A stretch of DNA of 63,986 bases, filler included, from Octopus bimaculoides (GCF_001194135.2; 5 parts of 4 records of this genome joined end to end with filler, not necessarily neighbours in it); one strand, 5' to 3'. Shown: positions 49,083-62,947, counted from the first letter of the whole stretch. A program made the numbers and translations. The notes: a model not told the origin generated them from the sequence alone.

Positions 49083-50347
49083 ATCTTCCGCTTTCTTATA
49101 TTCACACATGTTAATAAACTTAGACGGCACAGTTTGGTTGTTAACAGATTATGTTGTCGACTTCAGTTTTGACACAATGATCGAATGAGAGAATGACAAG
49201 CAGTTACAGACGTAGAACACTGACGGAGATGGTGGATCAGAGATACAGAAGATACGATATATAGACAGATAGCTGGAAGGACACTCAGACAGGCAAAGAG
49301 ACAGACAGATAGACAGACATAGGGGCATTTGGTAGTGTATTATATAAATGTATATAGTTTTTAACAAGTTAGAGAAATAAGACCGTTGGTATCCAGGACA
49401 TCTGCAGGCTGCTCGTTTCTCAAGCCTGTCATGGTAGATGTAGTTAAAACTCTGTAGCTTCGTATACACTGACTCAGTTCGGGCGGAAACTACTCCTCAG
49501 CTTCATAGAAATATAATTCTTATCAAACATTTATTAAAATTTTGTTTAACATGTGGTTTACTGTCGTAAATAAAGTGAAAGGAAATGGCTCTGAAAATCA
49601 TTGAAGAAAATTGCAACAGAAACGGGAAATAATGTCAGTCTTTTTACATGTTGAATCATATTGATAGAATCAAATGGTTCCTTTCAAAAAATGGAATAGA
49701 CTCGTATGGTCCGTGTGAATCTGCAGAAACAACAACACCACTTCTCGTTAGTTCTGTTCTGTACAACTCATTAATCGTTCGGGATTATTGCGTTGCTTAC
49801 ATGTAACTATTGGCTGTCGTGTCTCGATATGCAAGTCGTCGAACTACCTTCTGAGTAGTTTTCATTGCTGAGTTTAGTACATCTGAACGACGTACCTCAG
49901 CTGTTATACTTGAAATACTGAACATGTCATCAGAACGTACTGTATTGCTAGTTACCTATAGGGATGACTTAATGAGGGAGATGTGTATGGTCTTTTTATG
50001 AAATTTTCCGTGTGCTACTGTCGGCACTCCAGCTTCTGTCGGATTTTACTTTGATTTTTCGGTAAATTTACTTACATAATTTTAATGCTTGTCCTTTGAA
50101 ATTTTCCCTGCAGATTTTCTTTCATGTTAATTACGAAAATGAGATTCATTTGTTTGGTGAAATTAATTATAAAAAAAATGTTAGGAGACTTTTCAAGTTG
50201 TAACATACTTTGGTTAACATTAGTCAATCAGAATCCTTCACATTTAACAAAATTCAAGAAGTAAAAGGACTGGTGCAAATTTCTAAACATCCAACTAGTA
50301 AAGCCATACTGAATATACCTAAAAGAAAACGAAAGATATGAAACCAT

Positions 50348-50421
50348 TGGGAAGTAGATGACTCGAAGACACTGTATTTGCATTATTAGCATGAAGCTCT
50401 AACCAACTGAGATAAACGGTA
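50348..50421 (-). pseudogene. Heavily degenerate tRNA-Ile
   Basis: ttattagcatgaagctctaaccaactgagataaacgg is recognisable; the T arm has decayed. Confidence 0.6.
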
Positions 50422-51210
50422 AAATCTTCCGCTTACTTTAAAATCGTAGTGAACACGATGTGATGTACACTTGAACGTGTTTGCAGTCAGTTTCTTTTTA
50501 ATACTTAATCGGAGTCAGACAGACAGAGAGAAAAAGGAAAGGTGATTACAGAGATACATATAGAGATATATGGAGTGGTGCATTTATTTTGTTTTGTATT
50601 CATTTTGTTTTACGAAATAGAAAAGGACAATATTTGTGACAGCGTATTGGAAGTAATTTCCATTTCTCTGAAGATTTCGAACACCAATTAGCTTCAGCGA
50701 TTCTTGACGTTTTTGCCCAACCTTTAGCTTTCAGTTTGTACATGACTGTCAGTTTTATGCATATTTACGACTCAAAATATCTAAAAAAATACTGGGTTCA
50801 AAGCAGTCAATTTGTTATTAATGGAGTCTTTCCCGGATTTAGATGAACGTTTATGAAACGAAATATTTCCTCAGAAATTATACAAGAGACCAATGGAGGG
50901 CATCAATGAGTATTTGAAGGTTTTGTTGGAAGGCGAAAAAAACATTTTTTTTAATAAAAAGTTTACTTAGACATGCTCTGATGAATATCATCATTTTTGA
51001 TGGAATACAATTATTATCGCATGAATTTGACGTCCATATTGGGAATCACAGCCGGAATTCTTTTTAGTTGTGCAAGCCCTCACGCACATTCAGTGTTTTG
51101 AGTCCTTTTGGCATTATACCAAGACAAATCTAGAGTTAGACAAAAGATGTCAAGCCTGGCGAGTCAGAACCATTTGTATATATACAAGATAAAATAAAAA
51201 TTGAAATCAT

Positions 51211-51250
51211 TGGCCAGTATCGGGCTCGAACCTATGATATGTGCGTTATT
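51211..51250 (-). pseudogene. tRNA-Ile 3' half
   Basis: Same breakpoint and flank as 48353-48392. Confidence 0.7.
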
Positions 51251-51455
51251 TTATTTGGGATTCCTTTTGCATAAGTTATATATCTTTGTCTCGAAACTAA
51301 CATGATCATTGTGATGAGACCCTCTGCTACCTCAAGAGAGGTTTTGGTCAGTAAAGAATGGAATGTATAATTTAAATATGTATTTTCAACGTAAGAACTG
51401 AAAAAAAAAATATGTATATCATTAACACATCTTCGAAAGATAGAGAGAGAGTGTG

Positions 51456-51487
<32 letters not shown>

Positions 51488-51593
51488 GTGTTCGTAAAAA
51501 ATATGTTAACAACTATGAATGGAGTGGCTCTTCGAATATGATCCACAAGGAGGTGAATGCATATCTAAAACAAAAATTGAAAACAACACGCGC

Positions 51594-51667
51594 TGGCCAG
51601 TATGGGGCTCGAACCCACGACATTCGCGTTATTAGCACGACGCTCTAACCAACTGAGCTAACCGGCC
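51594..51667 (-). tRNA. tRNA-Ile-AAT: tRNA-Ile(AAT), intact
   Basis: Identical to 49009-49082. Confidence 0.95.
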
Positions 51668-51688
51668 AGCTTGTCCACTTTTTCATAA

Positions 51689-52342
51689 ACATTATTATAT
51701 TCACACATTATTATATTCACACATTATTATATTCACACATTATTATATTCACACATTATTATATTCACACATTATTATATTCANNNNNNNNNNNNNNNNN
51801 NNNNNNNNNNNNNNNNNNNNNNNNNNNNNNNNNNNNNNNNNNNNNNNNNNNNNNNNNNNNNNNNNNNNNNNNNNNNNNNNNNNNNNNNNNNNNNNNNNNN
51901 NNNNNNNNNNNNNNNNNNNNNNNNNNNNNNNNNNNNNNNNNNNNNNNNNNNNNNNNNNNNNNNNNNNNNNNNNNNNNNNNNNNNNNNNNNNNNNNNNNNN
52001 NNNNNNNNNNNNNNNNNNNNNNNNNNNNNNNNNNNNNNNNNNNNNNNNNNNNNNNNNNNNNNNNNNNNNNNNNNNNNNNNNNNNNNNNNNNNNNNNNNNN
52101 NNNNNNNNNNNNNNNNNNNNNNNNNNNNNNNNNNNNNNNNNNNNNNNNNNNNNNNNNNNNNNNNNNNNNNNNNNNNNNACACATTATTATATTCACACAT
52201 TATTATATTCACACATTATTATATTCACACATTATTATATTCACACATTATTATATTCACACATTATTATATTCACACATTATTATATTCACACATTATT
52301 ATATTCACACATTATTATATTCATACATTATTATATTCACAC
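51689..52342. repeat. 16-bp minisatellite (acattattatattcac)n spanning a gap
   Basis: Perfect units on both sides of the N run. Confidence 0.95.
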
Positions 52343-53193
52343 AAAAGTTAGACGGGACAGTCGGGTTGTTACCAACAGATAATGTTGTGAAACCTAACAA
52401 GTAAAGTAGCTAGTTTTGACAGAAAAATAAGAGAGAATGAGCAGTAAGAGAAGTGGGGGACTAACGGAGATGATGACTAGGGGAGGAGGAGAGTACAGGC
52501 AGAGAGACAGCCAGATAGGCAGCCATAGAGACACTGGTTGGTGTATTATATAAATGTATATAGTTTTTAATGAGTTAGAAGAATAAGGACCGATGGGAGC
52601 CATGACATTTTTAGGCTGTTCCATTTCTCAAAGTCTGTCATGGTAGATGTGGCTGACGCTCTGTAGCTTTGTATATACTACCTCAATGCGGAAGCTGGAA
52701 GTTCGGGTGGAACCTACTCCTCAGCTTCACAGGAATATAATTCTTATCAAACATTTATCAAAATTTTGAATAACACGCTGTTTACTGTCGTAAATAAAGT
52801 GAAAGTAAATTGTTCTAAAAACATTGAAGTAAATTGCAACAGAAACCGAAAATGATGACAATCTCTGCCTCATATATAGATTAGTTGAATTACACTGTGG
52901 GGTTCCTTGGTCGTCCCTAAGTGCCGTTTTCCGCATGTTTGTCAATTTCGTTGTTATTTATTTTTTGATAATTGTAATTTTTTAAAAACGTTTTTTTATC
53001 CATGATTATTTAAATACTCTCTGTCCTTTGTCTTTAAACTGTCCTGAATATTTTAAAGCTCTCCGCTCCTATGTTCAACACAGAAAGTATTATTGTTGTT
53101 GCCATTAAAGCATCGACTTTGCACAATCATTAAGACGCAGGATAAAAAGTAGTTGGCGGCATCCTGAGATCAAATACTGCTGTGGCAAACTTT

Positions 53194-53799
53194 TCATTTC
53201 ATCCTTGCGGGGTTCATAAAATAAAGTAGCGCCCAAGTATTGAGATCGATACAATCGATTAACCATTTCCCTAAAATTGCTGACCCTAAGACAAAATTTG
53301 AAGCTTTAAGGCGGTGAGCTTGCAGAATCGTTAGCACGCCAGAAAAATCCAACAGTTGCATTGAAAAGGTTCTGTCTGCATCATTACCACTGAGCTGCAG
53401 TCTCATGTTGGTTGTGAGTTTCAGCTTTTGCACACTGCTCCATAGGTAGGACGACTTTATGCTGGCATTTACCTCATCAGCTTTTGTCCCCTTTGGAACC
53501 ATGGGAAGGGTTTGTCTAAAGTCTCTTGCAAGCAAGACTGTAGCACCTCTCACGAACCTGGTGTTGTGTCTTAGATCCTGAAGAACCATGTCAAGAGCTT
53601 TAAAGGAAACCTTATGGCTCATTGTCACCTCATCCCAGATGATCAGCCTGAATTCACCCAGAAGTTTGCCTTTTATAGAACCACAACTGATGCGGCAGTT
53701 AGCCTTCTCTTTCTTGGACAGGTCCAAAGGAAGTTTGAAACAAGAATGAGCTGTGCGGCCACCACTTAGCAGAGTTGCAGCTATTCCACTTGACGCCAC
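53194..53799 (-). pseudogene. Helitron PIF1-like helicase fragment
   Basis: ASSGIAATLLSGGRTAHS, LIIWDEVTM, DFRQTLP (ARD instead of GD), LKLTTNMR; interrupted by a SINE A head at ~53300-53345. Confidence 0.9.
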
Positions 53800-54334
53800 A
53801 GCTATGGCAATGTGTTAGCTATATACGCTGTCATTTCCTCGATGTCATAGCTGATTTCTCGTAGGTACTCAATTGCGAGATTGTTTGCTGCCTCCTCCGG
53901 TTGAGGCAGATCAAATGTGGCAGTGCTTTGACCTCCCATAGCTTGTACCCGGGTGTCCAGGTCAAGTAATGCCTCATTGTAAATGGTGTTATTGAACGTG
54001 TCAATTTCCGTTGAAGTTTACCTTTGAATCCTTTGTAGGATGCCCTTTGCCATTCTTGTTTTGTGGGTCGCCAAATGCTTGAGAGGTTCACCTAAGCCAC
54101 ATGTCATCGGCAAACAGATAACATTGGCATAATTTGAAAAAAGCTGTCAAAGTGGTTTCTGGTGGATTCAGAACTACGTTTCGAGCATTGTCTTCTGTGA
54201 AATATACACGCTGGCCATTTTCAAGATGTACAGGTAGATTCACAACTGTTGCATGTCGCTCGTGGATTTCGAAGCTCAGGATATGCCACACTACGTCGTT
54301 AGAGGAAATATATTGCTTAATTTCATCTGCTTGC

Positions 54335-54452
54335 CTTATATTGCTTAATTTCATATTGCTTAATTTCATTCATTCAACTTATATTGCTTAATTTCATTCA
54401 TTCAACTTATATTGCTTAATTTCATTCATTCAACTTATATTGCTTAATTTCA
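54335..54452. repeat. 28-bp minisatellite (cttatattgcttaatttcattcattcaa)n inside the Helitron
   Basis: Three full units plus partial units, next to the source sequence tattgcttaatttcatc. Confidence 0.9.
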
Positions 54453-54971
54453 TCTCCCTGCCTTCCCTCCTCTTCAAGTCCAAAAACCGCCATATCTGAG
54501 CCTTTATTGATGTGTTTACATACATGTTTAATACTTTTTACAGTCGCATGGCTCAACATTAACATTGGGCCTGCAATGTTTTAGACAGTAATGGACTTTA
54601 GGGCACAATCCACCTGTTGTCAGTTTCCATCCCTTGACCATTAACTTTGTGCTTGGTTGTGTTTAGGGTGATCAAAGGAATGAATGGATTATTTCCCTTG
54701 GCTGTTAAAGGAAAATATATGGATGTGGACCCCTTCTAGGGACCCTAGCCATCCAGTTATAATTTTTTTTATTAAACTTCAGTGAGCCTAATAACAAACT
54801 GGATGTTACTTTAACGTGTTTGCAAAGTTTCATGAAAACTCGTTAACGGGTGTAAACGGCAACTTGACGCAAACAGACATCCAAATAGACAACTTGCGTT
54901 TATATATGTATAGATTATTTAAGTTTATTCTTCAGTTTGATATTTTGCTGCATTATCTCCTGTAGTCAGTT

Positions 54972-55012
<41 letters not shown>

Positions 55013-55390
55013 GCTAGCTAGCTAGCTAGCTATCTATCAATCTATCTACACACATACACACACGCACGCACGCACACACACACACACACGCACACACACA
55101 CACACGTTAACTATGAATTCTATTCATTTACTCTTTCAGACGACTATTATGCAAATACAGAAAAAATCCCACGCTATCCGATTTTTTTACCTGTCGTATT
55201 GACCCCATGTTTACGTAGAACATGAAAACAGCTTCATTAAAGTTGCGCGACTGTTTGTCTTTTATATCAACGGTCATATATGTATGGCTACTAATATATA
55301 CTCTGTTTAGGGTAGTTCATATTCTATATGTTAATAATTTCATAATTCAATGTACCTATTACATTCTTATAAGTGATTTATCCATCGATA

Positions 55391-55427
<37 letters not shown>

Positions 55428-55446
55428 NNNNNNNNNNNNNNNNNNN

Positions 55447-55519
<73 letters not shown>

Positions 55520-56429
55520 TACGTTCTAAGATTGTTGTTTTATGTTTTCAGACAGAAATAAAAGTGCCATAACAGAATAATCTGAAAGAAATCATACGAT
55601 ATTCCATCGATTCTGAGAATTCACCAACTCTAAACTATGACAGAATATATATAAACTCTAACCTATAATATCATCTTCAGTCTGTTCCTCCGCGGATTCA
55701 GAATGTACACCAACACTAAATGATAAGAGAATCCACATTGTGTTACCCCGCGTTGGGTGCCATATGTGCGGAGCCCACATCTTTTTTGTTCAAGTTAAAA
55801 ACATATATTTCGTAAACTAAAAAAAAAAGGTAATGATCATCAGAAAAATATTTATGAATAAAATACTTTTCAATAAAAATATAAATTTTTCTCTGTTTTC
55901 TTTTGATTTCCTCAACTCGATTGTGATATAAACTTCCTGTGATGTACGTGGAATATATCATCAAAAATATGCATTACTCTGTAAGTTTTGTAGAAACAAG
56001 TTCGTAGCTGTGGTACTGAGTTATAGTTCCTGATATATGCGTTTAAGTATAACTTTGCTAGGTTAGGCATTAATTTTTTGGTGTTTGCAGGGCAACAAAT
56101 GTACTGATAGACTTCCCAAAGTTAAACGAACATCTCTACTCATAAATTTCTGTTTGGAAAACCTTAAAATAATGATCATCGTTTTACGATTTCTAAATTT
56201 TTAAATACCAGAGATCCTGAATTTTTAAAATGACTGGCTATTTTGATCGTTTTTAATTCTAGTTGTGGAACGAACAAACATTTCCACTCATTAATATCTC
56301 TTCTGCAAATTTTCAAATAAATCATTGAATGTTTGTTGGCCTTTTGTTCCGTGTTACTTTTTCATATAACAAATTTTCTTATTAAATTTCTAATTTTCAA
56401 CAACTCTTAGCATATCAAACTGTTCAGAA

Positions 56430-56790
56430 ACGTGCAACAAAATGAATACCCGCCGTCAGGCATCTACCGTCTTCTGAACGTCTTGCTTCCCTGGGCATGA
56501 ACACATTGAAGCTCTGACGTCTGGCAACTAACTTGATAGACACCCACCAGATTATCCACCATCTTTCCAACAACAACCCTGAACACATTTTTGAATTCCA
56601 TATGACAAACACTCGTGGACATGCTTACAAAATCAAAAAACAACACAACACCCATGACTTTCGGTAACATTTTTCACGCTCAGAATTGTTGAAGCATGGA
56701 ATAAACTACCCGCATCAGTCGTCAGCTGTCGAGACACTACGTCTTTCAAAACTTCCATGCTTCCTGAAATCCGCCAAAAGTACACCTGAT
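56430..56790 (+). mobile_element. CR1-clade LINE 3' end
   Basis: RATK*IP...ERLASLG...TRGHAYKI and LRIVEAWNKLPASVV...SFK. Confidence 0.8.
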
Positions 56791-57337
56791 GGCTTTTTTC
56801 TTTTTCTTAGTTGTAATGCACCTGAGCACCGTAAAAGAAAAGGCAACATTGGCTAAAACAGTATATGATATACTTTTAGGATCTTATAAGACGTAATGGT
56901 CATTGCTTGAAAGCATTTGGTCACAGGTTTATTCAATCTTGGTAATAAATAATTGTTTCTAATTTAGGAAGTGGTTAGTCAGTTATATCAACCCCCAGTA
57001 TATGACTGATGCATTATATTGACCCCGGTTGTATGAAAATCAAAACTGACCTAGGAGGGATTTGATCTCGGAATGTAAAGAGCAAAGTGTTTCTTCGACA
57101 TTCTGATGATTTCGTCCACCTACCACCCTTCATGGGAATAAATAATATCATAGTTACATTCCTTACAATGGCAATTCAAATACATATCTTACAGAAATAC
57201 CGTTGCACATTACTGCATGTTATGTAACAAACCGAAGCACGCAAAGTGAAATAGAGATTTATGAATTAGATTGTAAATGCTAACAAAAGTTAAAGTATAC
57301 CATAAATTCGAAAAGAAAAAAAAAATTTATGCATAAT

Positions 57338-57411
57338 TGGCCAGTATGGGGCTCGAACCCACGACATTCGCGTTATTAGCACGACGCTCTAACCAACTGA
57401 GCTAACCGGCC
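57338..57411 (-). tRNA. tRNA-Ile-AAT: tRNA-Ile(AAT), intact, outside the duplicated modules
   Basis: Identical to 49009-49082; flanks unrelated to the module sequence; long T-run terminator. Confidence 0.95.
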
Positions 57412-57544
57412 ATTGACGACATACACCCTTTTTTATATATTTCAAATGTAGTCATATGCCAGCGTATTATTCTCTTGTTTCTCTCATTCACAGCGAGGTG
57501 GTGCTGTTTTATATAGGTCACACGTTTGCCAGCATTCTCTCCCA

Positions 57545-57645
<101 letters not shown>

Positions 57646-58329
57646 CTCTCTCTCCCCCTCTCTCTCTCGCTGTCCATGTGAGAGTGTATGTGTGTATGTA
57701 TGTGTGTGTGTGTATGTATGTATGTATGTATGTATGCATGTATGTATGTATGTATGTACATATTTATTCCTTTATTCTTTTATATGTTTCAGCCTTGAGG
57801 CTGCGGCCATGCTGGGGCACTGGATATATAGACAGGCAGATAGATAGATAGATAGATAGATATGTATCCGTATTTGTCATTCACTAGATATTCTGCTAAG
57901 AACGGCGGAGAAATAGTAGAACTTTGTACGAAACACTTATTTCGTTTTTTAGTGACGCCCCTTTGAGTTCAAATATTGCCGAAGCCGACTTTATCTGTCA
58001 TTTCTTCTGGGTTGATAAAATAGTATCAGTCAAGTACTAGAGTCCGATGGAACCGATAATTCCCGTCCCACTATATAAACAGTATCATACCTACGATTAG
58101 AACTTCGATGGTTTTAATTGGCCGAATTATAAGTGCAGTAGACAAAATGTTTCGCGGTATATGTTCTTGCCTTCTACGTTCTAAGTTCAACCCCCACCGA
58201 GGTCAACTATGGCTTTCATTCTTTCAGTATATCAAAAAATAAGTACCTGTCAAGTACTGGGGAACTATGTTATCGACTAAACCCATTTCCTCAAAATACT
58301 TTGCATTGTACTTAAATCAATAAAATAAT

Positions 58330-58580
58330 AAATGCGCCCTTTTAAAGCCTAGCCAGGTTCATGGGCCCGGTTTCCCGGTTTCAATGGCATATGCGTTACC
58401 CAGCTGGACGGGACGCCAGTCCATCGCAGCTTTACTCATCTTTGCTAGCTGAGTGAACTGGAGCAACGTAAAATGGAGTGTTTTGCTCAAGAACACAACG
58501 TGTCGCCCGGTCCAGGAATCGAAACCACAATCTTACGATCATAGTGCTGACACCCTAACCACTAAGCCACGCGCCTCCAC
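58330..58580 (-). mobile_element. tRNA/CORE-like SINE, family C
   Basis: Head gtggaggcgcgtggcttagtggttaggg; CORE-like gtgttcttgagcaaaacact...; AT-rich tail. Confidence 0.75.
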
Positions 58581-59269
58581 TGTACTTAAATTAGAAACAG
58601 TTATTTATCATATGCTTTCAAAAGTTTCGTGCAAGATTCTACTACACCACCAGGGTCCCCACCAGATTGCTAAGGTTTGTGTGTAGCATTATTCTGGAAG
58701 TATTGAGTTGAGGTTATATGCAACACATCATGCCCGTTGCCAAATTTTGGTGCCTGGGTGCCTGGGTGCCTGGGTGCGTCAGAATATTCTGGATGGTTAC
58801 TAATTTGTAATAATTCTAAGTTGGAGTTTCGAAATGAGTATGTTACTGTAAATCTGAAGGTGCATCATTGAATAGTGAGGGCACAGTACCGTCCAGTGCT
58901 CTCCCTTAGCGACGAGCATGCTAAACATATGTAACAAGGGTGCGAGAGTTCGAAAGTTTCGGATGAATCTTTAAATATCAGAAAAATATTTAAATATCTT
59001 TAAATATCAGAAAAAGAATCAAAGATCCTTTTCGTGCCATGGACTAATAAGGCTGGTTTCCCAGATCCTCTGGAGTATATATTAACCCCCAACACTCTGA
59101 AAGGGGTGCCTGTCCGTCGCAGGATTATTCGTTTTTGTCAACTGAGTGTATTTGAGCAACGTGAAATGAAGTGTTTTGTTCATGAGCACACGGCATCGCC
59201 CGGTCCAAGATTCAAAACCACAATCACGAATGCAACTAGTAAGCCGCACGCCTCTACTCTCTATATTAA

Positions 59270-59540
59270 ACTGGCACTCTGTCGATTACGACGACGAGTT
59301 GATGCAATGAATGGAATAGCCTGCTCGTGAAATTGACGTACGAGTGGTTGAGCACTCCACAGACATGCAACTCGTTTTGCCAGCTGCAACTAATTTTGCC
59401 AGGGGCAACTCATTTTGCGAGCTGAGTGAACTGGTGCACCGTGAAATAAAGTGTCTTCTCAGACACACAACGTGCGCCAGGAATTGAACTCACGACTTTA
59501 CGACCGTGAGCCGAATACCGTAACCACTGAGCTGCGTCGC
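59270..59540 (-). mobile_element. SINE with a family C head/core and a family D tail
   Basis: Core matches 58450-58560; tail matches 36345-36444. Confidence 0.65.
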
Positions 59541-59657
59541 CTTTGATTCTTCCGTCACTTTGTACATCGTAGAGTGAAAGAGGTGAGAAAGTAAGAGAGA
59601 AATACAGAAAGACTTAAATAGCACAAAAGTATATCAGTTGCAGAAGAAAATCGTACA

Positions 59658-59698
59658 GCTGGATACGCATTTCTGCCTTTTTGAGCTTCGTCAGTAGC
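59658..59698 (-). ncRNA. Degenerate minimal hammerhead motif
   Basis: gcta CTGACGA agctcaaaaaggca GAAA tgcgta T C cagc; core intact, stems I and II mismatched. Confidence 0.4.
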
Positions 59699-60107
59699 AA
59701 GTACCAGTTAGGAAACTACAATGCAAGACAAAATCCTTGGCCAGTGATATAGAAAACCAGTGTGTGAAAAAGTCTCTGTTGTTGCAATTAACCGGCCAAC
59801 TGAAAAAAAATTCGTTTTGTGCAATAGAAAAAGTATTAGATTAAATTAGCAATCTGTATATCAAACTTAAGTACATCACGGAAAGCTACATTAACTGTGG
59901 TATTCATCGAGATATAATATATATTATGGATGTATTGCCTAAAAAGGCAGACATGCGCGTCTAGCTTTCTCATCAACACTGATATGTTTTTGTGTTATTT
60001 AACACAATACGTCCATAAGAGATATTATTTCTGGACGAATATCGCAGTTACTTTGGCTTTCCGTGATCTATTTGCATTAAGTATGGTCTACAGATTGCCA
60101 ATATGTA

Positions 60108-60153
<46 letters not shown>

Positions 60154-60646
60154 CGTGTGTATACGTGTGTATGTGCGTGTATGCGTGTGTGTGTGTACGT
60201 ACGAATTCTGCATAACTTAGAAAACGGTAGTGTTTGAAATTTCGTAGATAGACCTATAATCCTGTCACTTCCTTAGTTACTGGCGGTGCCCCAGCATGTC
60301 CACAGCCTTTAGGTTAAAACACATAATAGAATAAAGAATAACATATACATACATACATACATACATACATACATACATACGTACGTACGTACGTGTGTGT
60401 GTGTGTGTAGGTACGACTAGATACGCTCGACGTTTCGGCTCTAATGCTTATCGCATTAAACTCTCACCGTCGCTTGACAATGTGTTTGCTTCATTTTTTG
60501 TCCTATAAGCTGCGCCTTACATGTAACGTCATGCGCTGCCGAATACTGAAACATTTCTAACAATTGGGATAAAGAAGTGTCAAGTTGTCTCCAATATCTT
60601 TTCTCTTTACATGTACATGTATATATAAGTGTGTGTACACAAACAT

Positions 60647-60677
<31 letters not shown>

Positions 60678-62788
60678 ATCAAAATAAGCAACAAGGATAT
60701 CCAGAGGTAATGCTGTACGATTGTTTCATGCAACTCCATTTAATTGAACAATGTAATTATTGCATCATTATTCTTATTTTGATTTTAATCACCTTACTTT
60801 ATATATTGTATGGATAATACCGTACTAAATTCTGGTGCCTAACCTTAAGTACCATATTCACCTGAGTATATATGTATATATATATATCTCTTTTACTTGT
60901 TTCAGTCTTTTGACTGTGGCCATGCTGGAGCACCGCCTTTTAGTCGAGCAAATCGACCCCANNNNNNNNNNNNNNNNNNNNNNNNNNNNNNNNNNNNNNN
61001 NNNNNTTAATTAATTAANNNNNNNNNNNNNNNNNNNNNNNNNNNNNNNNNNNNNNNNNNNNACTAGTGGTACAATTGTCACCCTTGTTTTCTACAATCTC
61101 TTTTATCATTCTGACAGGGTTCTGATGATTCTCAATTTTCACATTTTCCTTGATATCTACACTTTGTTCGTACAGAATTGCCAAGTCAGTGATCTTACTC
61201 TCTTCTTTCTGTTCTTCACAGTCATGTCTACTCTCATTGCTTCAGTAACAGGATTAATCTTTATGAAGAAATCCTATAAGATCCTGTAATTATTATTCCC
61301 CATGATAGCCACAGACTCACATTCATAAATCTTTTTCATCACTTAAATTTCAAAAAAACTTTGCTAACATTTCATTGCATTCTTTTTCTAACACAGTCAT
61401 GACTGCATTTATACTCTTTTCATGGTGACTTACTGCACTTGCTGAGGAGATGGTTAATACTTTTATTCCCTTTTCCATGTATTATGTATTTGCTGTCTGA
61501 CTGAATTTTAACAATCTTTGAATCAAATGCGTACTATGTTAGCTCGTTCCTAAGTGACTATAACGAGCAATTCAGTTTCTCATTTCAAGTTTCCATCTCT
61601 CAGCCAATACCAGCGTTCATTACTCCCAACATCATTGCTTTATTCCAGGAATCCTTATTCTTTTTTTTTTCCTGTCGGTTATCTTGTCGTTTTTATTTCT
61701 ATTCTTGAAACTTATCACAGCGTCAGTGACATTATTCATATTTCTAACCGCAGAAAACAATGCTTCCTCTATCGACGACGTGATTTTTCAAACCCAGAAC
61801 TGCAGTACTGATAGTGTCTTTTACATTTCTTCCCTTCTTGGTAAATAGAGCTTCTCGAAGCTATTTTACGGTGGTGTGCTTCCTAATATTGATTTCAAAT
61901 TATGGTACAAGATCAGTAATTTCGAGTGAGTGAGTAAATCGATTACATCGACCCAAGTGCTCAATTGGTACGTATTTTATCGACCTCGAAAAGATGAAAG
62001 GTAAAGTCGATCTCTGCGGCATTTGAACTTAGAACGTAAAGCCGGACGAAATGCTGCAAAGCATTTTGTCCGTAGTACTAACTATTCTGTCAACTCGCGG
62101 CCTTTGTGCTTCCTAATATTAAAAGCCTTTGAAATCAAAGGAAAAGTTCTCGAACGAAATTTCAGCAAAAGCACTTTTAAATATTTTCACATCCTTTTAA
62201 AAACAAACAAGTTCATGATTGATTTTCAGCGTTCAAAATCAATTATCGAACATCATTGAGTGAGTGACCTGCTGAACAATTTATTTAGTAGGTTTCTTTT
62301 ATTTTGGAGAAAATGCGAAATTCGTTGAGCTGAAAGTGTAATTTTGGACAACTTGGATTTCGAAATGTGGATTGATTTGGATAACTTCCAGATGATGTAA
62401 CTAATCGATTTCGATAATTTCGAGATTGATTCCCGAGATGTAACTGATTGATTTATTAAGAAGGTCAATACTGCAAACATTTATAGATTTTGGAGGATGG
62501 ATTAGAAAACATTCAAAGAGTTCGGTTAATGACGGAAACAACGAAGAGAAATGACGAAAATAAGATTTTTTAACTATGGAGTTTCAATCCTGAAACTATC
62601 ACCCGCCTTTAAGAAAAAGTTTTGCAGTAACAATATGAAGAGTATTTTTCTGAACATAATCGATTAATCACTTTTAAGGTATCTCTACAGATATTCTATT
62701 GAATGTGAGCCAGCAGTAAAAGTTACGACGTTTCGTATATGAATACGTCTATATAAACAATGCGATCGACGATAGAAAAATAAGTAAT

Positions 62789-62819
<31 letters not shown>

Positions 62820-62947
62820 NNNNNNNNNNNNNNNNNNNNNNNNNNNNNNNNNNNNNNNNNNNNTTAATTAATTAANNNNNNNNNNNNNNNNNNNNNNNNN
62901 NNNNNNNNNNNNNNNNNNNTATATATATAGGAATGGCTGTGATATAT

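Larger units (their letters stand above)
52881..54914 (-). mobile_element. Internally deleted Helitron
   Basis: 5' end A|TCTATACATATATAAACG at 54914; Rep-helicase linker IKQYISSNDVVWHILSFEIHER...HLENGQRVYFTE (54088-54369); PIF1 helicase (53194-53799); putative 3' CTAA at 52884-52881. Confidence 0.85.

Noticed and set aside
60425-60460. gcgataag...gagccgaaacgtcgag as another hammerhead
   Set aside because: The CUGANGA core is absent.
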